The position numbers and the translations under genes were made by a program. From Amphiscolops sp. MND2022 (Eukaryota), in NCBI GenBank assembly GCA_964187785.1, contig OZ076409.1:65536001-65600000 (forward strand): a DNA stretch of 64,000 nucleotides, given 5' to 3'. Under the pieces are notes generated by a model. The model worked only from the letters and a program-made list of their open reading frames with translations. It had not been told where the DNA came from and did no database searches. Positions 22,983 through 35,505 of this stretch are shown here, one piece after another. The first letter of the stretch is position 1, and the number at the start of each line of letters is the position of its first letter.

Positions 22983-23516
22983 AAACAAGTCGGCGCCATT
23001 ACTAAGGCTCAAAAATATTCAAGGAACAACTATTGGAAACATTTGCAAAAAATTAATTTTTTTTCAAAAAAATTATTTTTGAAAATTTTTTCCGAAACAA
23101 GTATTTTTTTAAGTCGCACAATGCCGAAAAACTCAAAAAGAAGCCATTCAGGCTCATTAAACGTTTTTACAAACCGAAAACTTCAAAAAAATGCAAGGGG
23201 TACCCTTTGATAGAATCCGTAAATTTTCGAAAAAAAAGTCGCATAGTGCCGAAAAAAAACCAAACAAAAAAACGAAACGAAACAAACCTTTGGTCTCGCA
23301 TCTACTTTTGGAAGCATAAAAAAGTTTGTGGTTTAGTGCGAGAATCGAACCCACGATCTCCTGCTTCTCAGAAAATTAGTTGAACAAATGTGAACAAAGA
23401 TTGTAAGAAAAGTGGCCCACTCAGAGTGAGATTGTCAACTGAAAAAAACACAAAAAAACTACTCACTGTAAGAGTCGGGCTTTTTTCCTTAAGGGAAAAG
23501 GCGCCGACTAAAAAAA
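22983..23516 (-). mobile_element. HINE family A (hairpin end deleted)
   Basis: AACAAGTCGGCGCC ... GGCGCCGACTAAAAA, with a tRNA-like B-box segment at ~23337-23372. Confidence 0.7.
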
Positions 23517-25169
23517 GCAAAGTGTTTTAAATAGGCGAAGGGACACCATTGTGAAAATGTTCAATCAAATATACAGTGCCAAAAAGTACACAAAGGAATA
23601 CCCATAAGACTCCAGAACCGTTTAAACCTAACTGGAAACATTTCAAAAAATGCAGTTTTGGGAAAAAAACTCGGAATTTTTTTCTTACCAAAAAGAGACC
23701 CTCCAAGTTCACAGTTTCCAAGCCAAAAAAAACTATTTGAAAAGGAAGGGTTATCATCCTTTAACCAAATGAATTTTTTTTTCGAAAAATTGCCCAGTGC
23801 CGAAAAAACTGAGGTCTTTTCTATGAGTATTGAGAAAACTCTCATCAGTCCCCCAGGACCTGAAAATAACCGGAGATAACAGAAACCACAAAAAAACAAG
23901 AAACTTTTTGGAAAAAAATTTTTGCTACTGTTAAGAGTCGTGCACTTCTTTTCAAAAAATTACCGACTAAAAAGACTTGAGGGTTATTTCCGACACTGCA
24001 CGAAAAGATATTAAAACTTTCGATACTTTTACATTCAGAAAACGGTTTTCGCTTTGGTTTTTCGATGTTTTAGTGAAAAAAGCTTTTTCAAGCCAGAAAC
24101 CGAGATTTTTTTTCGAAAAAATTCCTTGACACTTCGAAGTACTCTTGCAGTGCACGTTTTGAACCTTAAGCAAGGCGCCGACTCAACCCAATCACAGTTT
24201 GTTCCAGGTATAGCGGAGTAAATAATCGACGAAAATCACTTCTACAATTTATCACTGAAGAAAACTACAAATAATTTTCAGTTGATTCTGGGTCATCTAT
24301 TTATAGAGTGCACTTCAAGAGGGCGTCAAATTACTGTTTATAGAAGAAAGAAAATGATATAAAAAGCCGCTTCATTCATTAGTGTGATTGATTAGTTATT
24401 TTATTCTATTTTAGTTTATTTTAGCACTTCTCTTCTATTCAAAAGATCTCCGGAAATAGAAAGCCATTATAAAAACATCAATCTTCCTTTAAACTACTAC
24501 GTCAAACGGTGCAACCCGATATATATTTGGTTATTAAGGCCGTAAAAAGATACTCCTTCCTGTATTTATGGCTCCATTATTTTTAGAGTTTTTCAGGCAT
24601 GAAAGAAACAGCTTGATATTAAAAAAGTGGAGGTAATTAAGCTTTAAACAGAAATCAAAAGAAATATGAAGCTATTTATAGGGCATCTTCATGCAAGGTC
24701 GATCTGCGGAGCCATTACGAAAGAATTCGGCTTTGTTGGATGTAACACGTGGCACCATTTGGCTTAATGCGTTTGAAAACGGTCAAACGATGAAAACGGA
24801 TACAAGAAAAAAAATTTTCATGTCAGGCCTCTTCACATTATATTGTGCCCAAAACATCTTGTGTTTGACAACGTATTCTTCAGAAGAACAAAAATATTAC
24901 AGCAACAAGTTGAGGACTGTGTAAGCATTGAAAAAAAATAGGGTGATATGGAAGATGTTTTCAAACATTACTAAAACTCAACAAGCGCAGCATTAAATTC
25001 AGAAAGGGTCGTTTATAGCCGTCAGTGACGTCTGTTATTAAAGGCTTGTTGCGAGAAAATTAAACCGACCATGGTCTTGCTTTTCTTTGTTTTAGAAAAA
25101 CCTCGCGATACGTGAGGTTGAGCGAAAAGAACTTAGTGGGACCTATTGGTATCAAATTGGACTACCTCA

Positions 25170-28100
25170 CTTTTATCCATACTTCATTTCTGAACTGTTT
25201 TTGAACTGGAGGCGAATGCTTCAACACGCGATCCATCGGCTAAGGAACTGACTCCTAAAACGTTATTAGTCGGCCCATTTTGATACAAAACATAACCGAC
25301 TGTTACCGTCTTTTTGTACAGTCAAGCTTTTTTACTCCAACAACTGAGTTCACATCTTCTGGTTAACTTTTACAGACTTAACGCTTCAGATTTAGAGTTT
25401 ACCCAAGAAGCCATTGGGTCACCCTTTAGAATTCGAACATTTTCCTGGATCTACAACAGTAATCAACATTTGATATCAAAGGGTCTCAAGTCGGCACCCC
25501 ACTCAATACTCAAAAAGGGCAGTTTTCAAGTTTGCTGAATAGCAGCTGTTTTTGTGGAAGTTCTGAAAAAGTCACAATGTCAAAACTATACACAAGGGAC
25601 CCTTTGAGTTCAAAAAACTTCCCCACTTCAAAACCATCAACTACACCATAGGGTACTCACTGGCGATTTAATCTTTAAGGGGTTTAATGAAATTTAAAAT
25701 CTTTCCAACACTTTTTGCTATATTCGAGAAGGTTTATCTAGTTTCTGAATTTTTCTAGAAATAACCTTTTCATTTTCGCTTTTATTGTTTGATATGAATG
25801 TCGTTTTCAAATTTTTCGGTAGGGTGTTCCATATTGGGACCACTATTTTGGAATTTCGTTAATTTTGATCGTGTTTCCCGGAAAACAAACGGAAGTCAAA
25901 AGTCAGCCAAACTACTGACCTTACATAAATCTTCGGATCGTTATCTTTCAATTGGGACTGATACCTTGGAATGGAATTGGCTCCATTTAAATGATACTAA
26001 ACATCAAAACCCACTATCCTTCATCATTTTTTTCTGGAAAAAATTAACCACGGACCCTGAATGAGCTTTTTACACTCACCTAAGAGGTTTACTATTTTAT
26101 GTAGAAACTGCCAATTCATGACTATTTCATAGTAAGCTGAAGTACCGAGCAAATTGATAGAATCTCTGTGTACAACGTAGTATCTAAGGTACCATCGCCC
26201 TTGCATGCTTGCCCCAGAACATCCTTTGCCATGTTTACACGTACCTTGGACATTATAATCTTGCAGTGCACAATTCAAATTACGCCGCGTCCCCTTATTC
26301 TATAAGAACTCATTCGGTTTATTTTTGTCCGTCAGACCATATACCCCTCTTAAAATCCACTGTCCAAGTGGCATATTTTCGGGCAAATTCAAGTTTACGG
26401 TGTCTGTTTGCAGAGGAAAACATTTTTTTTCTTCATGGATTTCAGACTAGCCTCTTGACTTTTGAGGCTGAGTGAGACGAAGAGTTGTTAGTTTCAATTC
26501 AACTGTATTCAGAGAAGTTAACAGAGAAGTGATTTACAAAACAAACATCAGAAGTTAATGATTATCTCCCGCTGAAATACAAAAAGCGTGACTTGTTTTA
26601 ACTGGAGAAGTTGTTCATACATAACAAAAATCTTGTTTCTAGCTTCGAAACATGCTATGACTTCTTATATTTTAAAACTCCCCCTTTTCGGAGCTCGATT
26701 ACAAGTTACATTCTCCGGAGAGTCTTTTGCTGAACATTTCAACCTTAACTTTTGCCAACGGTTTAGTTAGCAAGTCGGCAATCATTTCACTGGTTGGACA
26801 AAACTCAACATCCAAATGTTGCATTTCTATTTCTTCTTGTATGAAGCTCAGCTTAATTGCAAAATGCTTCACTTTCTGAGAATTCACTGTATTTTTAGTT
26901 ATGGCGATACAAGCCTGATTGTCTACATGTACCTTAGTTTATCCATACTTCATTTTCCTTTTACCCATACTTCATTTCTGAACTGTTTTTGAACTGGAGG
27001 CGAATGCTTCAACACGCGATCCATCGGCTAAGGAACTGACTCCTAAAACGTTATTAGTCGGCCCATTTTGATACAAAACATGACCGACTGTTACCGTCTT
27101 TTTGTACAGTCAAGCTTTTTTACTCCAACAACTGAGTTCACATCTTCTGGTTAACTTTTACAGACTTAACGCTTCAGATTTAGAGTTTACCCAAGAAGCC
27201 ATTGGGTCACCCTTTAGAATTCGAACATTTTCCTGGATCTACAACAGTAATCAACATTTGATATCAAAGGGTCTCAAGTCGGCACCCCACTCAATACTCA
27301 AAAAGGGCAGTTTTCAAGTTTGCTGAATAGCAGCTGTTTTTGTGGAAGTTCTGAAAAAGTCACAATGTCAAAACTATACACAAGGGACCCTTTGAGTTCA
27401 AAAAACTTCCCCACTTCAAAACCATCAACTACACCATAGGGTACTCACTGGCGATTTAATCTTTAAGGGGTTTAATGAAATTTAAAATCTTTCCAACACT
27501 TTTTGCTATATTCGAGAAGGTTTATCTAGTTTCTGAATTTTTCTAGAAATAACCTTTTCATTTTCGCTTTTATTGTTTGATATGAATGTCGTTTTCAAAT
27601 TTTTCGGTAGGGTGTTCCATATTGGGACCACTATTTTGGAATTTCGTTAATTTTGATCGTGTTTCCCGGAAAACAAACGGAAGTCAAAAGTCAGCCAAAC
27701 TACTGACCTTACATAAATCTTCGGATCGTTATCTTTCAATTGGGACTGATACCTTGGAATGGAATTGGCTCCATTTAAATGATACTAAACATCAAAACCC
27801 ACTATCCTTCATCATTTTTTTCTGGAAAAAAATTAACCACGGACCCTGAATGAGCTTTTTACACTCACCTAAGAGGTTTACTATTTTATGTAGAAACTGC
27901 CAATTCATGACTATTTCATAGTAAGCTGAAGTACCGAGCAAATTGATAGAATCTCTGTGTACAACGTAGTATCTAAGGTACCATCGCCCTTGCATGCTTG
28001 CCCCAGAACATCCTTTGCCATGTTTACACGTACCTTGGACATTATGATCTTGCAGTGCACAATTCAAATTACGCCGCGTCCCCTTATTCTATAAGAACTC

Positions 28101-28727
28101 ATTCGGTTTATTTTTGTCCGTCAGACCATATACCCCTCTTAAAATCCACTGTCCAAGTGGCATATTTTCGGGCAAATTCAAGTTTACGGTGTCTGTTTGC
28201 AGAGGAAAACATTTTTTTTCTTCATGGATTTCAGACTAGCCTCTTGACTTTTGAGGCTGAGTGAGACGAAGAGTTGTTAGTTTCAATTCAACTGTATTCA
28301 GAGAAGTTAACAGAGAAGTGATTTACAAAACAAACATCAGAAGTTAATGATTATCTCCCGCTGAAATACAAAAAGCGTGACTTGTTTTAACTGGAGAAGT
28401 TGTTCATACATAACAAAAATCTTGTTTCTAGCTTCGAAACATGCTATGACTTCTTATATTTTAAAACTCCCCCTTTTCGGAGCTCGATTACAAGTTACAT
28501 TCTCCGGAGAGTCTTTTGCTGAACATTTCAACCTTAACTTTTGCCAACGGTTTAGTTAGCAAGTCGGCAATCATTTCACTGGTTGGACAAAACTCAACAT
28601 CCAAATGTTGCATTTCTATTTTTTCTTGTATGAAGCTCAGCTTAATTGCAAAATGCTTCACTTTCTGAGAATTCACTGTATTTTTAGTTATGGCGATACA
28701 AGCCTGATTGTCTACATGTACCTTAGT
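25170..28727. repeat. Tandem segmental duplication, 2 x ~1.77 kb (25170-26938 and ~26958-28727)
   Basis: Near-identical sequence at an offset of 1788-1789. The ORF track shows paired ORFs (25314/27102, 25798/27586, 26209/27998, 26588/28377). Confidence 0.95.
28275..28466 (-). repeat. Copia 3' LTR
   Basis: Follows the polypurine tract. One end is TGTTA, and the other reads TAAAA instead of the canonical TAACA. A second copy lies at 26486-26677. Confidence 0.75.
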
Positions 28728-31637
28728 AGGCTTTTCAGTGTCAATTCCGATCTCGTTCGCTAGGCCCCGCAGAAACTCAAGTTCTTGAGATGCTGCGAAT
28801 AACGACATTGTTTCTGCCTCAGCTGTCGAGGTCGCCACCGTTGTCTGTAACTTAGAACTCCAACTAATAGCTCCTGATTCTGAGTTCAAAAAGAAGCAAA
28901 AACCACTGGTGGACCTCCTATCATCTAACTTTCCTGCCCAGTCGGCATCACTGAAACCTGTGAGCACGAGTGTTTTGGATTTTCTATACGTCAGTTTCCT
29001 ACACTTTGTTGCCTTTAAATACCTCAAAATGTGTTTTCCTTGTAACCAATGTTTACGGCCTGGATTTTGAACGTATCGACTTAATGCTCTGACGGCGAAA
29101 GTTATATCAGGTCTTGTTGTGTTCGCTGAGTAGTTCAGACAACCAATCATTCCACGAAAATTACAATGTTTCATTTCCTTTTGTTCTTGGCTGCCTTCGT
29201 CAGGACAGTCCGACCTACTGATTTGTTGCTTTTCAGCAACAGGCGTAAAAAGTCCTTTGGCATCTTTCATTCCAAAGTTTTCAAGTAATTTTTCGATGTA
29301 GTTTTCTTGGGAAATTTCTAGTCTACCTTTTTCATGTCTGATTTGCATTCCCAAGAACCAGTTCAAGTCATCAACTTCATTGATCAAGAACTTTGTGCTC
29401 AGTGCTTTCTCAAATTTTTCGTAAAAATTAATATCGTCGCTACAGTAGACTAAATCGTCTACCCAACTTGCTACAAAATCCTTATGACCGTTTCGTTCCC
29501 TCAAAAACAAACAAGGATCACTTTTGCTCGGCTTGAAATGAATGCTGAGCAAAAAATCTTTAAGTGTATTGAACCAGTTGCGACCGGACTGCTTCAATCC
29601 ATAAAGTGATTTTTTCAATCTACAAACATAGCTTTTGCCGTTGGCATTTTTCTTAACAAATCCTGGTGGTTGATCAACAAAAATTTCTTCTATACCTGCG
29701 TTCAAGTAAGCGGTTTTTATGTCTAACTGTTTCAACTTCATTTCGTTTTGAACTGCCGAACTCAGTAAAACTCGAAGTGTTACCATTTTGACAGTCGGAC
29801 TATATGTTTGATCGTAGTCAACACCTCGTTTTTGTTTAAATCCTCTAGCCACGTATCTTGCTTTGTGCCTAATAATTTCTCCTTTACTGTTTCGCTTAAG
29901 TGCAAAATGCCATTTACCTGTAACGAGGTTTTTTCCTTCCGGCATTTCAACAATGTCCCAAACTTCATTTTTCTGTAAAGAGTCGTATTCCGCTTTCATC
30001 GCACGATACCACTCTGGAGAAGAAAGTGCTTCTTCAATGCTTTTCGGTAACTCTTGATCAACATAATCGCTATGGTATGCAAACGTTTCAATTTCATCGA
30101 ACTCAGACGAACCTAAATTGTAAGACAAGTTGCTGCTTGTACCTGGGGCGTATCTGTTGGGCGGCTTGACTTTTCGTCCGTACCTAGTCGTAGTATGCAC
30201 ACTCGAACTATGCGGTTGATTTTGTGTTATACTCTCGTCGGAAATTTCGTTCACCAAAGTTTCTGGATTACCGCCTAAATCACCGTTTGGCAACTCACTC
30301 ACATCTTTTATCAAGTTGTGTGTATCGGCGACTAATTCCGTGTTTTGCAACTCTACTTCACTCCCCCTTTCGTTGAGTTCGAAGAAAAATTCACTGCCAC
30401 TTTCATTGTTTGCGAAAAGTGTTTTTCCTGGAAAACTAGTCTCGTTGAATTTTACATTTCGGCTACTTTTCGTGATAAGCTCTGCGCCCTCGAAAAATCC
30501 GATCAGATATGACTTAGAATTGTTGCTATAGCCGAGTAAAAAACCTTCCAAAGCTGTACTTTCAAGTTTTTTTCGCTTTGGTTTCTCTAAGTACATGAAT
30601 GCTTGACATCCAAAAACTCGAAAATGGGACAAATCAGGTGTCTTGTCAAAAAACTTCTCGAACGGTGTCATGCCATGAGCAGAGTGAAGGCACCGGTTTT
30701 TTATGTGGAAAGCTGCTCGGTATGCAAACGACCAAAAAGTTTCAGGTAAGCCTGCTGTTTTCAACAGACACCTCGCCATCGCGCCGATGGTTCCCCAAAC
30801 TCGCTCTATTTTACCGTTTTGTTCTGGAGTGTATTCGCAAGTAAACTCCTGATGAATTCCTTGCTGTAAACAAATGTCAGCGAAATTTCCAAACTTGAAC
30901 TCTTTAGCATTATCAGTGACAATCTTGCGAGGTTTGCCAAGCTCAGCTATAAACTTCAAAAGCTTCGTTCCGACTTCGGTTTTTGTTCTTAATAGATAAA
31001 CAGCACCGAGTCTGCTGAAGCTATCAACGAATCCTAGAGCGTACTTGAATTCATCTATCGACACTGTGTTTACTGGCGATATATCTACGTGGACTATGTC
31101 TAAAGGTTTTTTAGCTCTAGTTGCAACTTTTCGGCTTATCGGTAACCGCTTAGCCTTTTCGGTGTTACACACATCGCAAGGCTCGTTTCTTTCATCAACC
31201 ATGTTCATATCGACTACAGCCTTTGCCAAGTTTTGAACATCAATTTTGTTATTGTGAGCAAGTCGTTCATGCCATTGTTGAAGACTTGCAGTTGCGGCAT
31301 TGCTTTGCTCATGCAAACAATCAACTTGTAGATAAAACAAGTTATTTTCGCACTTTAACGGAAAACATCTTTCATCCTGAACTATACGAGGGTTCGCATC
31401 AAAATGGACGCTCGCATTTTGTTCGTTCAGTTTTTTTATCGAAACTAAGTTTTTTGTGTATTGGGGAACGTACAACGATTGTTCAAGTTCCAAGATTTGA
31501 TCTTGGCCTTGATTGTCTTTTGCCAAGAAACTAACGGATCCTCGACCTTCAATGCTAGATTCAGTGCCGTTCGCACATTCAACATTACCCATTTTCGAAA
31601 TGTCCAAGTCTCTGAACAATTCAGCGTCCTTTATCAT
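28488..31637 (-). CDS. Copia pol polyprotein (integrase-RT-RNase H), 1049 aa open
   Basis: ORF track; catalytic motifs as listed for the element. Confidence 0.9.
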   Translation of the reverse strand: MIKDAELFRDLDISKMGNVECANGTESSIEGRGSVSFLAKDNQGQDQILELEQSLYVPQYTKNLVSIKKLNEQNASVHFDANPRIVQDERCFPLKCENNLFYLQVDCLHEQSNAATASLQQWHERLAHNNKIDVQNLAKAVVDMNMVDERNEPCDVCNTEKAKRLPISRKVATRAKKPLDIVHVDISPVNTVSIDEFKYALGFVDSFSRLGAVYLLRTKTEVGTKLLKFIAELGKPRKIVTDNAKEFKFGNFADICLQQGIHQEFTCEYTPEQNGKIERVWGTIGAMARCLLKTAGLPETFWSFAYRAAFHIKNRCLHSAHGMTPFEKFFDKTPDLSHFRVFGCQAFMYLEKPKRKKLESTALEGFLLGYSNNSKSYLIGFFEGAELITKSSRNVKFNETSFPGKTLFANNESGSEFFFELNERGSEVELQNTELVADTHNLIKDVSELPNGDLGGNPETLVNEISDESITQNQPHSSSVHTTTRYGRKVKPPNRYAPGTSSNLSYNLGSSEFDEIETFAYHSDYVDQELPKSIEEALSSPEWYRAMKAEYDSLQKNEVWDIVEMPEGKNLVTGKWHFALKRNSKGEIIRHKARYVARGFKQKRGVDYDQTYSPTVKMVTLRVLLSSAVQNEMKLKQLDIKTAYLNAGIEEIFVDQPPGFVKKNANGKSYVCRLKKSLYGLKQSGRNWFNTLKDFLLSIHFKPSKSDPCLFLRERNGHKDFVASWVDDLVYCSDDINFYEKFEKALSTKFLINEVDDLNWFLGMQIRHEKGRLEISQENYIEKLLENFGMKDAKGLFTPVAEKQQISRSDCPDEGSQEQKEMKHCNFRGMIGCLNYSANTTRPDITFAVRALSRYVQNPGRKHWLQGKHILRYLKATKCRKLTYRKSKTLVLTGFSDADWAGKLDDRRSTSGFCFFLNSESGAISWSSKLQTTVATSTAEAETMSLFAASQELEFLRGLANEIGIDTEKPTKVHVDNQACIAITKNTVNSQKVKHFAIKLSFIQEKIEMQHLDVEFCPTSEMIADLLTKPLAKVKVEMFSKRLSGECNL

Positions 31638-34600
31638 GTGACTCGTGCAGCCACTGTCTATTAAAAGATCTATGTTCTTACACGTCGAATGTACTTGACT
31701 AGTATGAAACGAGAAACCTTGTTTTCAGCAGTTAGATTACTCTCATTTCGCTTCGTGTAAAAACGTTTGTTTTGAGTCGTCTCACGCGGAGCTCCTGTTT
31801 TCGACTTATTTTTCGTTTTGGGGCACTCATTTGCCTTGTGGCCTTTTGCACCACATTCGTAACACACTATGACAGACACTTTTGCTCTGCATTCATTTTG
31901 TCGGTGGCCTAATTTACCACACTTGAAACATTTCACGTCTTTAGTGAAATGTGAACTTGTTCCCTGTTCGGGTTGACATCGGCAACTATCACTATCGAAA
32001 TTCAAAAGATCTCGCTTTAGATCTGCAAAGGTTTTAGCTTCATGCGAAAACTTGAAAACAGTTACGAAACTTGCAATGCTGTTCGGCAAACCTTTTAGAA
32101 CTACCGAACATAGCATTTGATCGCTAACGTTTTCTCCAACGTCGGTTAGATTAAGTTGCACATTTTCAGAATTGAGTTTCCTCGGCCAAAACTGCATTTT
32201 CTGTTTTCCCAGAAGAGATCTTTCGTATCACTTTGCGTTGTCTTGTTCGGTTAAACTTGCCGGACATGCTTTACCTCGCGGTAACAGATTCAGCTTGTAG
32301 AATTCGAGAAACGGTCATGTGACTGAGCGATGCTGAATTTAAAAATTTTAAATTTTAAGACACGATAATCCATCTTTTAATAAATACAAAATCTTCCCCC
32401 TTCACTGACTGCCGAATAGCTTTTATTGGTTTTTGAAATATGTGATTTTGAGCAATACAATTTTGAGCTATGAGATAATGAAACGAATTTCCACAGCGTG
32501 ACCTGAGTAAAAGGATTGGCGCGAACTTCCGTTTTCAATTAGCCGGTGAAAAATTTCTACAAAATGCAACAATTTCACTGAATGTTTACGGTTGCATCAA
32601 ATTTATTTTCATAATGTTTTGTCAACTGGTATCCCGACAAGTTTATCCCTGACAAAAGGATTTAAAAACTTGAAAAAAAAATTATTGTTAAAATAATGTG
32701 GGACAGTGTATTTCTCCGAAATTGTTTAGTTGGAGTCAGATATTTGGTAAATATGTTGAAAATTTTTTCAAGATGCTCCGCTTCATCTCGACCCCTCAGC
32801 TAATCAATGAAACAATGACTTGGATAAAGTCATACTATTTTCGGCTCTCTAATCCTTTACCGGACTTTTACTAACCCTCAACTTTACATCTAAAAAGCAT
32901 CTAGAAGAGACAAAAGGATCATCTGTGGATTTTCAAAAGTAGTGCATCGCTTTGTTCCAAACCTCTAAGCTGATTTGAAATCGCTTGAAATCAAAAACCA
33001 AATACTAAGCGAAATTACAGGACTGAGCACCTTTTGAACCTTGAGCGGGGTGCTCACTTTATCCGTTCCCAACTTGTTTCAAGTCAGCGAGCTTTTGGAG
33101 ACAATTTCGTATAGCAAGATTTTGTGCCACCAGTTGGTAACCTAATGGTTGCTTAGTTAAAATAGGTAGTCATTCGATCAAAGTCACATAAGCTTGGTAG
33201 CTCACCATGTTCTAATAATTTTGCTTCTCATGGAAACACAGTTCCGTAACTCTCATTGCATTTGGAAGCCTTTTGACAGTGCATCTGTTTTAAAAATACA
33301 ACTGCAAGTTTTTTAAAGCGTACGATGAACGAAGCACGTAACAGAAACCCACATATATGAACGCCTATTATCCCTAGGTAATCGGCACACAAAACTGAGT
33401 TTGGGGATTCTAAAGTACGAATTAATGAGCCAACTACCCGAGGGAAAATTGCTAATAAATTTAGACCTTTTCTTTCCTGCAGAAGTTGAGGAAAGGCAGA
33501 AACGGAATGGATATAGGGACAACATAAGCGGCTACGTTAATGCACTCCAACAAGCTGAAGTTGAGGGTTTCAAATTTAGGAAAATTCATTGTGATTGATT
33601 GATTTTTCGAACTTCTGCTCTGGAGATCTCTCAACGCGCAACTAATTATCGTATCTTCATGGTTTTCCTGTTCAACAATCTTAGCGCTTTATTTAAGAAG
33701 CTTTTTTTATTCATTCATTTTCCAGTGACTATCTTTCTACTCAAACTCTGAATTGAGCCCAGCCAAGATAAAATAAGATGAAGACGACGTTTTCGGAAAC
33801 ATTTGAAATTTCGCGGACAGGTATTGAACTCATTTGCTCGAAAAATTCTAGTTTTGTTCATGTTAAAAATTTGCTTCCAACATCTGATGAAAATTATCAA
33901 CGTTTTATGGAGCATCCATACTTAAACTCAGTCAACTCATATAGTTCCAGGTTTTTGTTAGTTGTAACGATGTATTTTCGGATTCCAGGGGAAAATTTCA
34001 ACTGATTGACTTTCGAGTCCAATACCACGTCAGGTCCGAGACATGAATTTCGGTGTCAAAAAACTGAACGGAAAAGCTTACGCTGGCTGAAAACCTCCAT
34101 TCGAAATGAATGACAAATTTCCCACATTTTTTCAGAATTAATCGAAAGAACAAAAATGAAACTGGCTATATATTAACGTGAACAAAAATGAGTTTTACGT
34201 CATCACTAAATGTTTTCGGCGCTGTGCAACAGACAGGAAAATTTCTGTTACAATATTGGTTTCGGTTAAGTGACTTCTTTCATTACTTACTGCTTTCATG
34301 ATCAAAAACTTACACGGCCAGTAAAACAACAAATAACCACGGTTAAAACTTTTTTCTAGAAGACAAATAGGCGCTGTTTCGGTTGTTGACTGCGTTTTTG
34401 TCGTCATCGCTGACCTTCTTTTGTAAAATTATCATAATAATGAGTCAGAATTAAAGTTGATAATTATTGAATCAAAATTTAAATTTGACATTTAGAGTAA
34501 TTTATAGGGAGACATCATCGTATTGAACTAGCAATATGAATGTTCATAGTAGCGAAAATATTTCCAATCTGGGCGACACATACATAACTCATCAACAACT

Positions 34601-35505
34601 TCTATCTAAATTGTCTGCATGACTATTCTCCATTTCATGGCGCAAAAAAACTTCATCGCTACATCATTCTGTAGAGGTGGATTAACATGTCCAACAAAAT
34701 AAACAAATTTATTGAAAAATTATTCTTGAAAAGGAAAGCACAATTGAAACCAACATGGGAAAATTGAATTTATTTACACCTTAAAGCAGCTTCTGGAAAC
34801 CGGACTTTTAATTGTGAAGAAAGGTTGGGTTTTCTAATAGGTTACACTCAAAATACAGATTCAACGAGGACGAAAACCATGAAGTGTAATTTTCTCAATT
34901 TACATGGAAGTCTATCTTGGAGTTCAATGAGCATCGATGTCTTCCAAGAAATAGACTACTATGGAGGGATGATTTAGGCCAATGGAAATTTAGGGATAAG
35001 ATTCAATCTAGTAAAGCTTGATTGCGAACATTATAAAAGCTGGCTAGTTGATGCGTTTCGTGAAATAATCAAGGCAGCCTCAATCCTCGTAGCGTAGGTA
35101 TTGAAGAGGAATTGAATGGGCGTGACGCTGAAAACATGATATTTCGCTTGTCTTGTCCAGGGTGACAGATGCATACAAAAGATGAAGTTGGAAGAAACAT
35201 TGTCATTCGAGACACCTTTACTTTGCGTGTAATTACACCCTTAAATATCTTGTCAACAACATGGGTGCCACATTGTTGACCATGAATGAAGTAGGGGGTG
35301 TGATAGCTCGTCCTTGTTAGCTGAATACATGGACCCAGAGGTCGGTCGGTCGGGTTACTCAACGAAACCGAGAAGGCAGCGATGGAGGGTACGTATGAAT
35401 GGTGAATACAAGATACACATCGTACATCGCGTGGATGGGCATAAATGTGCATACACTAAAAGGCTTGTCATAGTGACGTCATAACGTGTGACGTGTCAAC
35501 ATTGG

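Larger units (their letters stand above)
28275..32210 (-). mobile_element. Ty1/Copia LTR retrotransposon, 5'-truncated
   Basis: Gag remnant with two CX2CX4HX4C knuckles (31670-32197). Protease LIDSGCTSHM just upstream of 31637. Integrase (HERLAH..C..C, VHVDI, TDNAKEF, PEQNGKIER), RT (QLDIKTAYLNA, WVDD) and RNase H (FSDADWAG, AEAE, VDNQA) follow in copia order. Polypurine tract AAAAGGGGGAG lies next to a ~190-bp LTR (28275-28466). Confidence 0.95.

Noticed and set aside
26486..28466. Two direct LTRs as a complete small LTR element (TRIM)
   Set aside because: Both are 3' LTRs with identical flanks and PPT, produced by the tandem duplication.
33313..34407. Short ORFs between Copia and ZDHHC17
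   Set aside because: No recognisable domain and no in-phase exon chain found.
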